From an uncultured bacterium (GTDB lineage: Bacteria > Verrucomicrobiota > Verrucomicrobiia > Verrucomicrobiales > DEV007), in the NCBI GenBank assembly GCA_963977015.1, contig CAXBMO010000012.1, forward strand, positions 1 through 64,000: a stretch of DNA of 64,000 nucleotides. The letters are read 5' to 3'. Below the pieces are notes generated by a model that saw nothing but the letters and a program-made list of their open reading frames with translations, made no database searches and was not told the origin of the DNA. Both the position numbers and the translations under genes were made by a program. The number at the start of each line of letters is the position of its first letter. Position 1 is the stretch's first letter. Below are positions 20,074 through 29,800 of the stretch, piece by piece.

Positions 20074-23000
20074 CTACCGATTGAACAGAAATGCCGGGCT
20101 GTTGATCAGCGCCCACGTTAAGTCCTGTGCAGCGGTGAGCCGGTGATTCGCGACCTGCTCGGCGGAATACTTCGCGTCCTGGCGCAGACCCAGCAATTTG
20201 CTGTCCTGACGGATCGCCTCCCCGGCGCTCGTGAGCGCGGCGTGAAGTTCGTCCATCTTTGGATCGCTCGGCAACGGACGCTCCTCTTTGGCATACGCGA
20301 TTGTCCGTTTCAGGAGTTCGAGTTCTTCGCCGCGATGGAGCGCCGCAATCTGCGCGTTTTGCTCACTGGAACGAGATGCCGGCGGAAGCAGGAAAGCGTC
20401 GGTCACGGATTTTGGAGCTCCAATCCAAAGAGGATCCCTGGATTGCGTTGCCCAGATCCGGAAATGGCCGAGCGGATAATCGCCCTGTCCGTAGCGATTG
20501 TAGATCCTCACCTTGATCCGGCCTTTGCCGTCGGCATTGGCGATTGGTTTCTCCAGTTTCACCCTCGCGGCATGAGGTTGGCGCTCTTTTCCGGCCACAG
20601 CCCAGGCTTTCTGGTTGCCACCGTTCCCGTCGATGGTGAGCTTCACGTTGAAGCCGTTCTGGATGTGCTCGGTTCTGGCGTCGACGAGTTTTTGTTTGGC
20701 GAATTTGCCGTTCGCGTCCGCCACCTGAATTTCGATCTCGGTGACGACGAAGTTCCCATTGGGATTGAGGCCGGGTCCGAATCCCATGAGGCTATCGTGC
20801 GGAAGCGCCTCGATCTTGAAGCCGGTGATGTCTTTCAAATCGCCAAGATCGATGTCGAGCAGGTAGTCGGTCGATTGCTTGATCACCGTCTTCTCTGTCG
20901 AGGCGAGAACGGCGCCGTTCTCCTGAATCGCAAGGGAGTAGTCTTTTCCGGTGGAGGTTGCGGTCTTCGGTGTCAGCGGATTCCAAACCGAGTAGAGGCG
21001 GCTAACCGGGAAGTTCTGCTTCCAGGCCTCCAGTTTCTTGGGGAGCTCTTTCTCGTAGTCCTGCAGCGCCTTCTGCGTGGCAGCGATGCGTTTGGCTTGG
21101 GCCGCTTCGGCAACCTGCTTCTGTCGCGTCCATTCGGGGAGGTAGGTCTGGATCTGCGTCGCGACATGGGCAATGCGCTGAATCCGCTCCGTGCTGCGTT
21201 GTCGCTCGACCGGCAGCCACCAGGTTTCGCGCGCTTGCAGTTGAGCCTGCACCGTGGTGTGATCGCGGCGGATTTGCTGCATGTTTGCGAGCACGGCATT
21301 GACTTCACCGGGTTTGGGTGCGCGCGAAAGCACGCGATAGTAGATCTCTTCGATCAGCTTGCGATCGTCCATTTCCTTTTCAACCAACTGGATCAGTTCG
21401 CTCTTCGGAGAGCCCACCGCATCAGCAATCGCCGGTCCGGAAAGAAAGGCCATCACCGCGCTCATTTGGAGTTCGTCATTGCGCTCGCACTCGCAGGCGC
21501 TTTCGCGAACCGGGCGACCGAGGTTGGCGAGGAAGCCGGATTTGAGATCCAGTTTCGCGTCGGGCAACTGGCTGGCGCGGACACCACTCCCCGCACCGGG
21601 AATGTTGGGAACCGCTCCGGTCACAGCGTAAACCGCGTCGTAGAGCACTTCGGCGGGAAGACGCTTCGCTTTGGCGTGGCTGAAATTCAGCTCATCATCC
21701 TCATTCCAGCTATTGGTCTCGATCGAGAGTTGGTAGGTTCGCGATTTGCAGATCAGTGCCATCAATTGGCGAACATTGAAGTCGGACTTCACGAACTCGC
21801 TGGTGAGGTAGCTGAGCAACTCGGGGTTGCTGGGCGGGTTGCCCGCGCGGATGTCGTCGAGCGGATTGATGATCCCCGTTCCGAGGAGATAGCCCCAAAT
21901 CCGGTTGGCATAGCTCATGGCGAAATACTGGTTGTCCGCACTCGTGATCCAGGCCCCGAGTTTCTCGCGGCGGGTGGGTTTTTCGGCGGTCTTGAAACTG
22001 ACGGGCGCGAGATCGGCAGCGTAGGGAAACGCGGGAGGGGTGACCTCGCCGGTGCGATCATGTTTCAATTCACCGTCCGGCATGTCTTCGACGATTTCGT
22101 AGAGCGGTTTCGCGTTCTCGACCGCGCTTCCGCCCAAGTTCTGCGTTGGTGCGTTTTTCGAATCGCGTTTCAAGCCTGTCTGCGAGAAGTAAGCCGCCGT
22201 TTCGTAGTACTGATCCTGCGTCCAGCGTTCGAAGGGATGGTCATGGCACTTGTTGCAATTGAACCGCGTCGCGAGAAAGAGGTGCGTCGTGTTCTCCATG
22301 ATCATGTTAGGATCGCGCAGGATCTTGTAGTAGCTCGCGGCCGGGTTCTCTTTGTTCGAGCCGCTTGCCGTGATGATTTTGTAGACGAACTCGTCGTACG
22401 GCGTGTTGGCGGCGACCTCCGTCTTGATCCAGTCGCGGAACAGCCGGGCGCCTTCACCGCCGAGGAACTTGGAGTTCACCTGAAGCATGTCGCTCCACTT
22501 GTTCGTCCAGTAATCGATGAATTCGGGATTCCCGATCAATGAATCGATGACCTTGTCGCGCTTCTCGCGTTGCGGCGACTTGTCGGCGAGAAAGGCGCGA
22601 ACCTGGTCTGAGGTTGGCGGTAAGCCGGTCAGGTCCAGATAAATCCGGCGGATGAATTCCTGATCGGTGCAGAGTTCACTCGGAATGATTTTGAGGCGTT
22701 GCCATTTGGCGGCGGCCAACTCATCGATCCGGTTGTTGGCCGGAGGTGTCTTCCAGGTGAAGCCGTCACGTTTGCCCATCACGGTTAACGTGGTCGCGGC
22801 ATAGGCGCCTTCATAGCGGGCCAGAATGGGAGCTTCCCCGCGTCGGATCGTGTTGAGGAGCGCATACTCATCATGCTCGGCCACTTCCTTGTTGCCACTT
22901 TCGACAAAGGCTTCGCTGGTGACGTCGCGCTTCATCCCATTGGCAAACGTGGCCACGACGCGGAACTGCTGGCGACCGCCGATCTCCTGAATCACCGGAT

Positions 23001-25206
23001 TCTTCGGGATCAATTCAATCGAGGCAACCTTGTCCGCCTTCACATCGAGTTTCGCGCCATTGGCGATCCAATCGCGGACGATGTTGTAATAGGTCGAATG
23101 CTGCTTCGCGAGTTGCCCGCCTTCGTGCGGAACCGCGCCCGTCATCTTCATCAGCATCAGGCTGTCGTCCGGCGAGGCAAAGTTGGTGCGGCGACTCTGG
23201 ATGTCGTCGGTAAAGGCGCGAACGTCGTAGAGCGGATCGTAACCCCTCAGCGAGAGTTTGAAGCCGGCTCTTCCATCTTTGGATCCGTGACAGGTTCCCG
23301 CGTTGCAACCCATCTTGCTGATCACCGGATTCACGTCCTGGATCCAATCAGGGTGGCTCGCGGTGGCCAAACCACGGACCTCAACGCTGGAAGTCGCCGA
23401 CTTTCCGCCCATGGAGACGGTCAGCTGAGCCTGCCCGTCTTTCGTGGGAAGCGCCTTCCCGCGTGGGGTGAACTCAAGGATGGGTTGGCTGACCTTGAAG
23501 GTTGCCAATCGTGTGACGTCGGCTTTTGCGCCATGGGTGAGGTGGGCGGTCACAACCAATTGCTGGTAACGGCCCGGACCATCAATCAGGAGATTCTCCG
23601 GAGAAATCTCCAAACTCGCAATCTCTCCTGGAACGACCTCTTTCTCCCAGTCAATACCGGGGTGTTCATCGGCGTTCGCGATCGCTTCGTGATTTGCCAG
23701 TGTCGCGATTTCGACCGGGATGATCTCTTTCTCGATCGTGGCGGTCTCGGGATTGATGAAGCGCAGTTTCCCATCCTGGCCCGCGGCGACGACGGTCTTG
23801 GAATCGGGCGACCATGCCAAGGCAAACACTGGGGAATCCAACGGGATCGCCCCCAATTGCTCCGCGTTCCGCGTTTGCCACTCATCAATCAGCTTTTGCT
23901 GGGCGGAAACCTTCCCCCCCACTTCGCGACGAGCCGTCTCCATCGCCTTCTTCAATTCCGGCGTGATCGTGGCGTCGTACTCGGACTTATAGAAATGAAC
24001 CGCGCCCTTGCCATTCAAACTCGATCCCGCGACAAAGCGATTGCCGTCGGGACGAAACGCGACGGACCAAACCCGGCCCGGCATGGCCGGGTAACGTCGA
24101 ATCAAATTCGCGTTGTCGCCAATCTTCCGGGCGGTCTCGCGTTTCGTGCGATAAATCTGGGGAACGCCGTCCGAGCTACCCAACAAGATGTGATTCTCTT
24201 TCGGGTGGAGCACGATCGCGCCTATGCCGCCACGCAACGCGCCCGGCGTGATCGACGTCAGGTTGTCGACAAAGCGCTCCGTCTCTACCTTGGTCAATTT
24301 CGTCGACATATCGCGACCGACCGAGATGATGTGCTCACCTTTCTGGTCAAACACCGTGTCGAGCACCCAATCGTTGTGACCGCCCATGTAGAGAACCTGC
24401 TCGCCGTTGCTCGCCTTCACCGCACGGACGGTATTGTCCGGCATTCCAAACGCGACCAGTTGTCCGTCCGGCGACCAACTCGCGCCGTAAACCGTGTCGT
24501 AGCCAACCGGAAGCGAAAGCGTCAACTCGCGCTTCGCGACATCCCAGATTTGAAGCTCGCCCATGCGGCCGGGGAGACCGCCCGTGACCGCCAGTTGGGT
24601 TCCATCCGGCGAAAACTTCACGCTTTCGATCCGCTCGCTCAACCCCACCAACCGGCCCACCATTCCGGAGCCATCCGCCTTGTGCAGCAACACCTCGTGA
24701 TAACCGGAAACCGCGAGCAAGTTGCCGTCGGGAGAAAAATCGATCGAAATCACGACCGGTGCGCGCTCGTAAACCGGCGGATTTTCGGGCGAATATCGCT
24801 CGACTGCATTGGCGGGTGTATCGTCAATCGCGCCTTCCTCGATCCACCGCTCGACCAGGGCAACTTCCTGCGGCGTCAGCGGATCACCCTTCGGCGGCAT
24901 CTCCGCCATCCCCTCGTCGTCGAGCATGATGTTATTGACCAAATTCGACTCAGCCGCCTTGTGCGGAACGACCGCCGCGCCTTCTTCGCCGCCCTTCAAC
25001 AAGGTGGAAAACGTCGTCATCACGTAATCGCCCTTCGCCTTGGCCGGTTGATGGCAACCGTGACAGTTCCCTTGGAAGATCGGCCGAATTTCCTCGTAAA
25101 AGCTGACCCGGTCGGGGGTTTTTTCGGCGACCTCAGCGGCGTGCGCGGAGGCAAAAAGTCCGAGCGGCAGCAGGACGGCTGCCTGGAAGAGGCGCAGAGT
25201 CATCAT
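20074..25206 (-). CDS. Large secreted cytochrome c-WD40-Ig-DUF1549-DUF1553 fusion protein
   Basis: Signal peptide, CHGCH, WD40-like repeats, GCNAGTCHG, FIRRIYLDLTGLPPT, CNKCHDHPFERWT, SACECER, LINSPAFLFNR. Confidence 0.92.
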   Translation of the reverse strand: MMTLRLFQAAVLLPLGLFASAHAAEVAEKTPDRVSFYEEIRPIFQGNCHGCHQPAKAKGDYVMTTFSTLLKGGEEGAAVVPHKAAESNLVNNIMLDDEGMAEMPPKGDPLTPQEVALVERWIEEGAIDDTPANAVERYSPENPPVYERAPVVISIDFSPDGNLLAVSGYHEVLLHKADGSGMVGRLVGLSERIESVKFSPDGTQLAVTGGLPGRMGELQIWDVAKRELTLSLPVGYDTVYGASWSPDGQLVAFGMPDNTVRAVKASNGEQVLYMGGHNDWVLDTVFDQKGEHIISVGRDMSTKLTKVETERFVDNLTSITPGALRGGIGAIVLHPKENHILLGSSDGVPQIYRTKRETARKIGDNANLIRRYPAMPGRVWSVAFRPDGNRFVAGSSLNGKGAVHFYKSEYDATITPELKKAMETARREVGGKVSAQQKLIDEWQTRNAEQLGAIPLDSPVFALAWSPDSKTVVAAGQDGKLRFINPETATIEKEIIPVEIATLANHEAIANADEHPGIDWEKEVVPGEIASLEISPENLLIDGPGRYQQLVVTAHLTHGAKADVTRLATFKVSQPILEFTPRGKALPTKDGQAQLTVSMGGKSATSSVEVRGLATASHPDWIQDVNPVISKMGCNAGTCHGSKDGRAGFKLSLRGYDPLYDVRAFTDDIQSRRTNFASPDDSLMLMKMTGAVPHEGGQLAKQHSTYYNIVRDWIANGAKLDVKADKVASIELIPKNPVIQEIGGRQQFRVVATFANGMKRDVTSEAFVESGNKEVAEHDEYALLNTIRRGEAPILARYEGAYAATTLTVMGKRDGFTWKTPPANNRIDELAAAKWQRLKIIPSELCTDQEFIRRIYLDLTGLPPTSDQVRAFLADKSPQREKRDKVIDSLIGNPEFIDYWTNKWSDMLQVNSKFLGGEGARLFRDWIKTEVAANTPYDEFVYKIITASGSNKENPAASYYKILRDPNMIMENTTHLFLATRFNCNKCHDHPFERWTQDQYYETAAYFSQTGLKRDSKNAPTQNLGGSAVENAKPLYEIVEDMPDGELKHDRTGEVTPPAFPYAADLAPVSFKTAEKPTRREKLGAWITSADNQYFAMSYANRIWGYLLGTGIINPLDDIRAGNPPSNPELLSYLTSEFVKSDFNVRQLMALICKSRTYQLSIETNSWNEDDELNFSHAKAKRLPAEVLYDAVYAVTGAVPNIPGAGSGVRASQLPDAKLDLKSGFLANLGRPVRESACECERNDELQMSAVMAFLSGPAIADAVGSPKSELIQLVEKEMDDRKLIEEIYYRVLSRAPKPGEVNAVLANMQQIRRDHTTVQAQLQARETWWLPVERQRSTERIQRIAHVATQIQTYLPEWTRQKQVAEAAQAKRIAATQKALQDYEKELPKKLEAWKQNFPVSRLYSVWNPLTPKTATSTGKDYSLAIQENGAVLASTEKTVIKQSTDYLLDIDLGDLKDITGFKIEALPHDSLMGFGPGLNPNGNFVVTEIEIQVADANGKFAKQKLVDARTEHIQNGFNVKLTIDGNGGNQKAWAVAGKERQPHAARVKLEKPIANADGKGRIKVRIYNRYGQGDYPLGHFRIWATQSRDPLWIGAPKSVTDAFLLPPASRSSEQNAQIAALHRGEELELLKRTIAYAKEERPLPSDPKMDELHAALTSAGEAIRQDSKLLGLRQDAKYSAEQVANHRLTAAQDLTWALINSPAFLFNR

Positions 25207-25247
25207 GAAAATCTAGGGAGTTTACTGATCAGAGAACGGGTAAAGAC

Positions 25248-25264
25248 CCGTGTTTAAAACACGG
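25248..25264. promoter_or_regulatory. Perfect palindrome CCGTGTTT-A-AAACACGG in a divergent promoter region
   Basis: 8-bp arms read directly from the sequence, between starts at 25206 (-) and 25312 (+). Confidence 0.45.
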
Positions 25265-25311
25265 AACCAGCCGCCATCGGCTTTCACTCAAACCTTTTTT
25301 CCATAATCTCC

Positions 25312-26034
25312 ATGCGTTCTCTTAGTTTGGTCATCGTTTTCGCCGCCTTCCAACTCGTCGCGTTTGCTCAGGACAAACCGGTTCACCTCTTCATTCTCTC
25401 TGGTCAATCCAACATGGCGGGGCTGAAACCCGAAACCAGTTTCATCCCGGAAGCCGAGAAGCTGCTTCCCGATGCCGAAGTCGTTCATATGAAGGTGGCC
25501 AAGGGCGGGCAGCCGATTAGGCTGTGGGTCCCGGAATGGAATGCCATTGCCGAGGCGGGCGGAATCGGTCAGCGCAACGACAAGACGCCGTACTACGAGC
25601 AAATTCTCGCCGCCTATCAGACCATTGAAAAGGAACATGGTCCCTTTGCCAGCATCTCGTTTTGCTGGATGCAGGGTGAGCGCGACGCCAAGTCTCACCT
25701 CGAAAGCGTCTACGAAGCCAGCTTGAAGCAACTGATCGCCAATCTCCGGCGCGACCTCAAGCGCCCCGACCTCAACGTCGTCATCGGCCGCATCAGCGAC
25801 CACACTCCAGGCCCTGATCACGTCGCCGGATGGGATTCCGTTCGCAAAACGCATGTCAAAGTCGCGAACGACGACCCCCACGGCGCCTGGGTCGATACCG
25901 ACGACCTCAACAACAAGGAGAAAGACGGGAAGGCATGGGACGACCTCCATTACACTGGTCCCGGCTACAAGCTGTTCGGCCAACGGCTCGCCCGTCAGGC
26001 CGTCCGGTTGATTGAAGGGCAGGAGCCGGCTTGA
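25312..26034 (+). CDS. Secreted SGNH carbohydrate esterase (sialate O-acetylesterase/DUF303 family)
   Basis: Signal peptide, SGQSNM, WMQGERD, DDLHY. Confidence 0.88.
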   Translation: MRSLSLVIVFAAFQLVAFAQDKPVHLFILSGQSNMAGLKPETSFIPEAEKLLPDAEVVHMKVAKGGQPIRLWVPEWNAIAEAGGIGQRNDKTPYYEQILAAYQTIEKEHGPFASISFCWMQGERDAKSHLESVYEASLKQLIANLRRDLKRPDLNVVIGRISDHTPGPDHVAGWDSVRKTHVKVANDDPHGAWVDTDDLNNKEKDGKAWDDLHYTGPGYKLFGQRLARQAVRLIEGQEPA

Positions 26035-26109
26035 AGACGGGCGGCCCAAAAACTGACTCAGAAATATCTTGAGACGGCAGTAGGGATTCTTTCGCGTGGA
26101 ATCATCAAG

Positions 26110-26802
26110 TTAGGATCGTTCCTTCCATTGGGCGATTGAAGTTAGTATCAGTGCTCCAATTCCGGCTAGTAACCCCCACGGAAACGCGAAAGACTTGGAA
26201 ATCCAGCTGAGAAGTAGGGCCGGATCCACTTCCCAAATTGGTTGATGGTTCACAAAGAGATCCCAGACAAGAACAACGATGCCCAGAGCGTTGGCCACTG
26301 GCGCAAACGTCAAGTGAATGAATGCACCAGAGATGGCAAGGCAGAGGCCCATCACGAGTGTAGGGAAGCGTGCTGAATCCTCTGCGGCTCCCATGAGAAG
26401 TGTAAAAGCTAGAAGGTTTAAAATCCAACTCCATCGGAGTGCCTTACCCCGCAAGTTGAAATATTGCGCAACCATAATCGGAAACCCAACAGAGGCCCAG
26501 AGGTAGGCTACAGCCATAGAAAATCGGGCTTTATTCGTGTTGCCGGCATAGTTGCCCAGACCGCCTTGAAGATCCAAGTTCAATTCAGGGTTAGCCAGGA
26601 AATGGACAAGGAAACATCCGACATAAAGTGCCGTAGTTGGGAGTGCGGTACGATAGGAAGGGCGGGAAATCACGAAAGTAGAGAAATCGGAGTTGGTAAC
26701 ACTGCGCCCGGAGTTGGTGTCGTTGGTAACATATTCAGAGTTGCGATCCAGCGCGCCTTTCCCAGCAAACTTCTTTTTCCAAATCTCCCTATGATCCACC
26801 AC
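26110..26802 (-). CDS. Hypothetical multi-pass membrane protein, low GC
   Basis: Several hydrophobic helices; two sampled 60-mers are 42-43% GC, visibly lower than neighbours; start codon uncertain. Confidence 0.55.
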   Translation of the reverse strand: MVDHREIWKKKFAGKGALDRNSEYVTNDTNSGRSVTNSDFSTFVISRPSYRTALPTTALYVGCFLVHFLANPELNLDLQGGLGNYAGNTNKARFSMAVAYLWASVGFPIMVAQYFNLRGKALRWSWILNLLAFTLLMGAAEDSARFPTLVMGLCLAISGAFIHLTFAPVANALGIVVLVWDLFVNHQPIWEVDPALLLSWISKSFAFPWGLLAGIGALILTSIAQWKERS

Positions 26803-26865
26803 TTGATTTCATCAAGCTACCCTTTCGAATGAGTTTCGCCTCGCAATGATAGGTGATGCCATCCC

Positions 26866-29800
26866 CTATTTATAAACCCGCCGCGCTTCCGGATCGCCGC
26901 CGGACATGAGGTAGGCGATGAGGTCGCGGACTTCTTCGCCGCTGAACGCGTTGAGGAGCATGGGTGGCATTTGGGAGATGGGGGATTCTTCGATTTTGGC
27001 GATGTCGCTCAACTTGACGATGGTGGGTTTGAGCTCTTCCGAGGTTTTGACGGCGGGGTAAACTTTGGCGGTGGCGCCTTCTTCCACGACGAGGCCGGAG
27101 ATGGCGGTGCCGTCTTTGAGGGTGACGATTTTGGAGCCGTATTGATCGGAGATGACGTTGCTGGGCTCGATGATGGATTCGAGGAGGTAGTTGGCGTCGA
27201 ATTTGTTCTTCACGGTGGTGAGGTCAGGACCGATGTCGCCTCCGAGCCCGTCGAAGCGATGGCAGGCGGCGCAGGCGGCGGCGTGAAAGAGGCTGCGTCC
27301 GCGCTCGAAGCTGGCGTTGCGGAACTGGCCGCCGGTGGTGAATTTGGCGGCGGTGGCGACGGTCCAGTTCTGTCCGGGGCCGGCGGGAGGGACGATGGGG
27401 AAGTCGGGGACGGGGTTGAAGTTCTCTCCACTGATGTCCGCAAGGGCGGCGCGGTCGGCGTTGCTCAGATAACCGAGGACCTCGTCGCGCATGTTGGCGA
27501 GGAATTTGCCGAAGCTGTTGCCGCCGGGATACTTGGCGGCGGCGTTGATGAATTCGATGTAGGAGCGGCGCTGGTCCATGGTCCAACCCTTGCGCAGGTT
27601 GCGCAGCATGAAGGCGTAGTTGATCTCATGGGTGGGGGGATGGTTCTCGAGCATGGCGAGGACGCGGCCGCCGTAGCCTTTGTTGCGGCTGGCGAGTTCG
27701 GTCCAGTCGGGAACCTCGGTTTTGCCGGGGTTCTTGATGAGGTCGATAGTTTTGGCGATGACGTTGGGGGCTTCGAGGTAGACAAGAACACGCACCAGTT
27801 CGGTGGTGACGTTCTTGCTGGGGTGGGGGAGGTGAGGATCGAGCGACGCGATGATTTTCTCACGTTGTTCGGCAGTGGGTTGGCCGAGGCGAATGAAGGT
27901 GAGGGCGTAGGCGCGAAGGAGGCCAAGGAGCTGGGATTCGCTGAGGGTTTGCGGATCGAGTTCGAGGAGTGAGGTGACGAGGGCGGCTTGATGCGAGGTT
28001 TCGCCCATGCGTGCGAGGGCGACGGCACCGGTGATGCGGGCTTGCGGGTCGCTTTCTGCAAGGACGCGATCCGCCCAGGCTGAGGTGGGTTGGGCTTCCA
28101 CGGCGAGGCGGGCGGCGTGGCGCAACCAGCGATCGGGGCTGGCGAGGTGGGGCCAGGCGGCGGCGAGAACCACGTCGGGATCGACGGCGGCATCGGTGTT
28201 CCCCACACCGTGGAAGGCTTCGAGACTGCGGCGAAGTTCGCGCGCTTCGTGGCCGGGCAGGGTGCCGGTCGCTGGGGCGGTGGATTCGTCACCAACGTAG
28301 GTGATGCGAAAGAGCGCGGACTGGGTATTGCGGCCGCCGATGGTGAAGTAGAAGGCGCCATCGTGGCCGATGATGGCGTCGGTCACGGGCAGCGGCGCCC
28401 CATAGCAGAAGGCCTCCTGTTCGCCGCGATAGCCGGCTCCGTCCGGGGTGAGGTGAATGGCGTAGATCGTTCCGAACGTCCAGTCGAGCGCGTAGATCGC
28501 ATCCTGATAGTTGGCGGGAAACTTTGCGCCTTGTCCGCCGAGGACGCCGGTCGGGCAGCCGGGGCCAATGTCGACAATGGGAGGCAGGCTGTCCTCGTAA
28601 TAGACGGGCCATTTGCCGGAACCGCTGCGCCAACCGTAATCGGAGCCACTAACGACGTGGTTGATCCGGGTCGGGCGATACCAGGGCGTGCCGAGATCCC
28701 ATTCCATGTCGGCATCGTAGGTGAAGAGATCGCCAGCGCGGTTGAGGGCGATGTCGTATTGGTTGCGGTAGCCGGTCGAAATCAGCTCGTGGGTTTTGGT
28801 GACGGGATCGAATTTGGAGACCCAGCCGCCGGGGGCGAGGCGACCGCGGGCGTGGCCGTTGGCATCCCATTCGCGAGGGAGAAGTAGATCCTCATCCCAG
28901 GTCGGTACCTTGGAATTGGCGATGGAATCCGCTGGAGGGATGTTGGCGTGGTTGCCGCCGATGACGTAGAGGTGTTCGCCGTCTTCCGCGACGATGACGG
29001 CGTGGTTGCCGTGTTCGCCACCACCGCGCTCGGAGGGAAGCTCCTCGAAAGAGTCCAGTTGATCATCGCCGTTGGAGTCGGTGACTTTGTAGAGGTGGCC
29101 ACCGTTCCTGTGAAAGTAGAGCGCGTCCTGGTGCCAGGTCATGCCCTGCGCGCCGGAGAGATCGACCGGCACTTTCTCGACGTTGACCTGCGGCTTCTCG
29201 GGATGCTCGCCGATGGTGATGCGATAGAGGCCTTTGCCGCCCTGATCGCTCGCGAGCAGGCGTCCGTTGCCATCGGTGGTGAGAGAAACCCAGCTTCCCT
29301 GCTCCTCCTTGGGAACCTTGTAGAGCAGTTCCACTTGGAATCCCTTGGCGACGGTGATGTTGGCGACATCGAGCGGGTCTTTGGCGGGATCGCTGCTTTT
29401 TCCGCCCGGACCGTTGAGACCGGCGACGCCCCACGGGCTGATGCCGAAATGGCCGTAGCTTTTGAGCTGCGCGTTCCAGCTTGAATCGTCAAAAGCCGGC
29501 GTTTCCCAGCCAGCCGGATTGGTCAGGCTGAGTTTCCAGGTTGGATCGGAAACGACATGGAGTTTTTCCCCATCGACGCCATCGATCTCCAGTTTGAGGA
29601 CGAACGCGGCGACCCCGCCCCGGTTATGGGCTTTGACGGCGAAGGTGTTGGGTTTGCCCGGTTTCAGGAAGCGGGTCGCGTCCCAATGAAGAATGGGCGA
29701 TCCCCAATCGGGCGCCGTGCCGATTTTTTCGCCATTGAGGAAGACATCGGCGCCGTTGTCGCAGGTTGCATAGAGCTTGGCGGGACCGATTTTGGCGGGA

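Noticed and set aside
20143-25257. Long plus-strand ORFs of 799 aa and 794 aa (and similar ones at 7609..9024 and 56814..62348)
   Set aside because: Antisense shadows of well-supported genes in GC-rich DNA; no recognisable motifs.
26802-26816. FNR box CTTGAT-TTC-ATCAAG
   Set aside because: Spacer between TTGAT and ATCAA is 3 nt rather than the canonical 4.
26866-29500. Strong G-rich skew on the plus strand
   Set aside because: Explained by C-ending codon preference of the minus-strand gene; no independent repeat structure.
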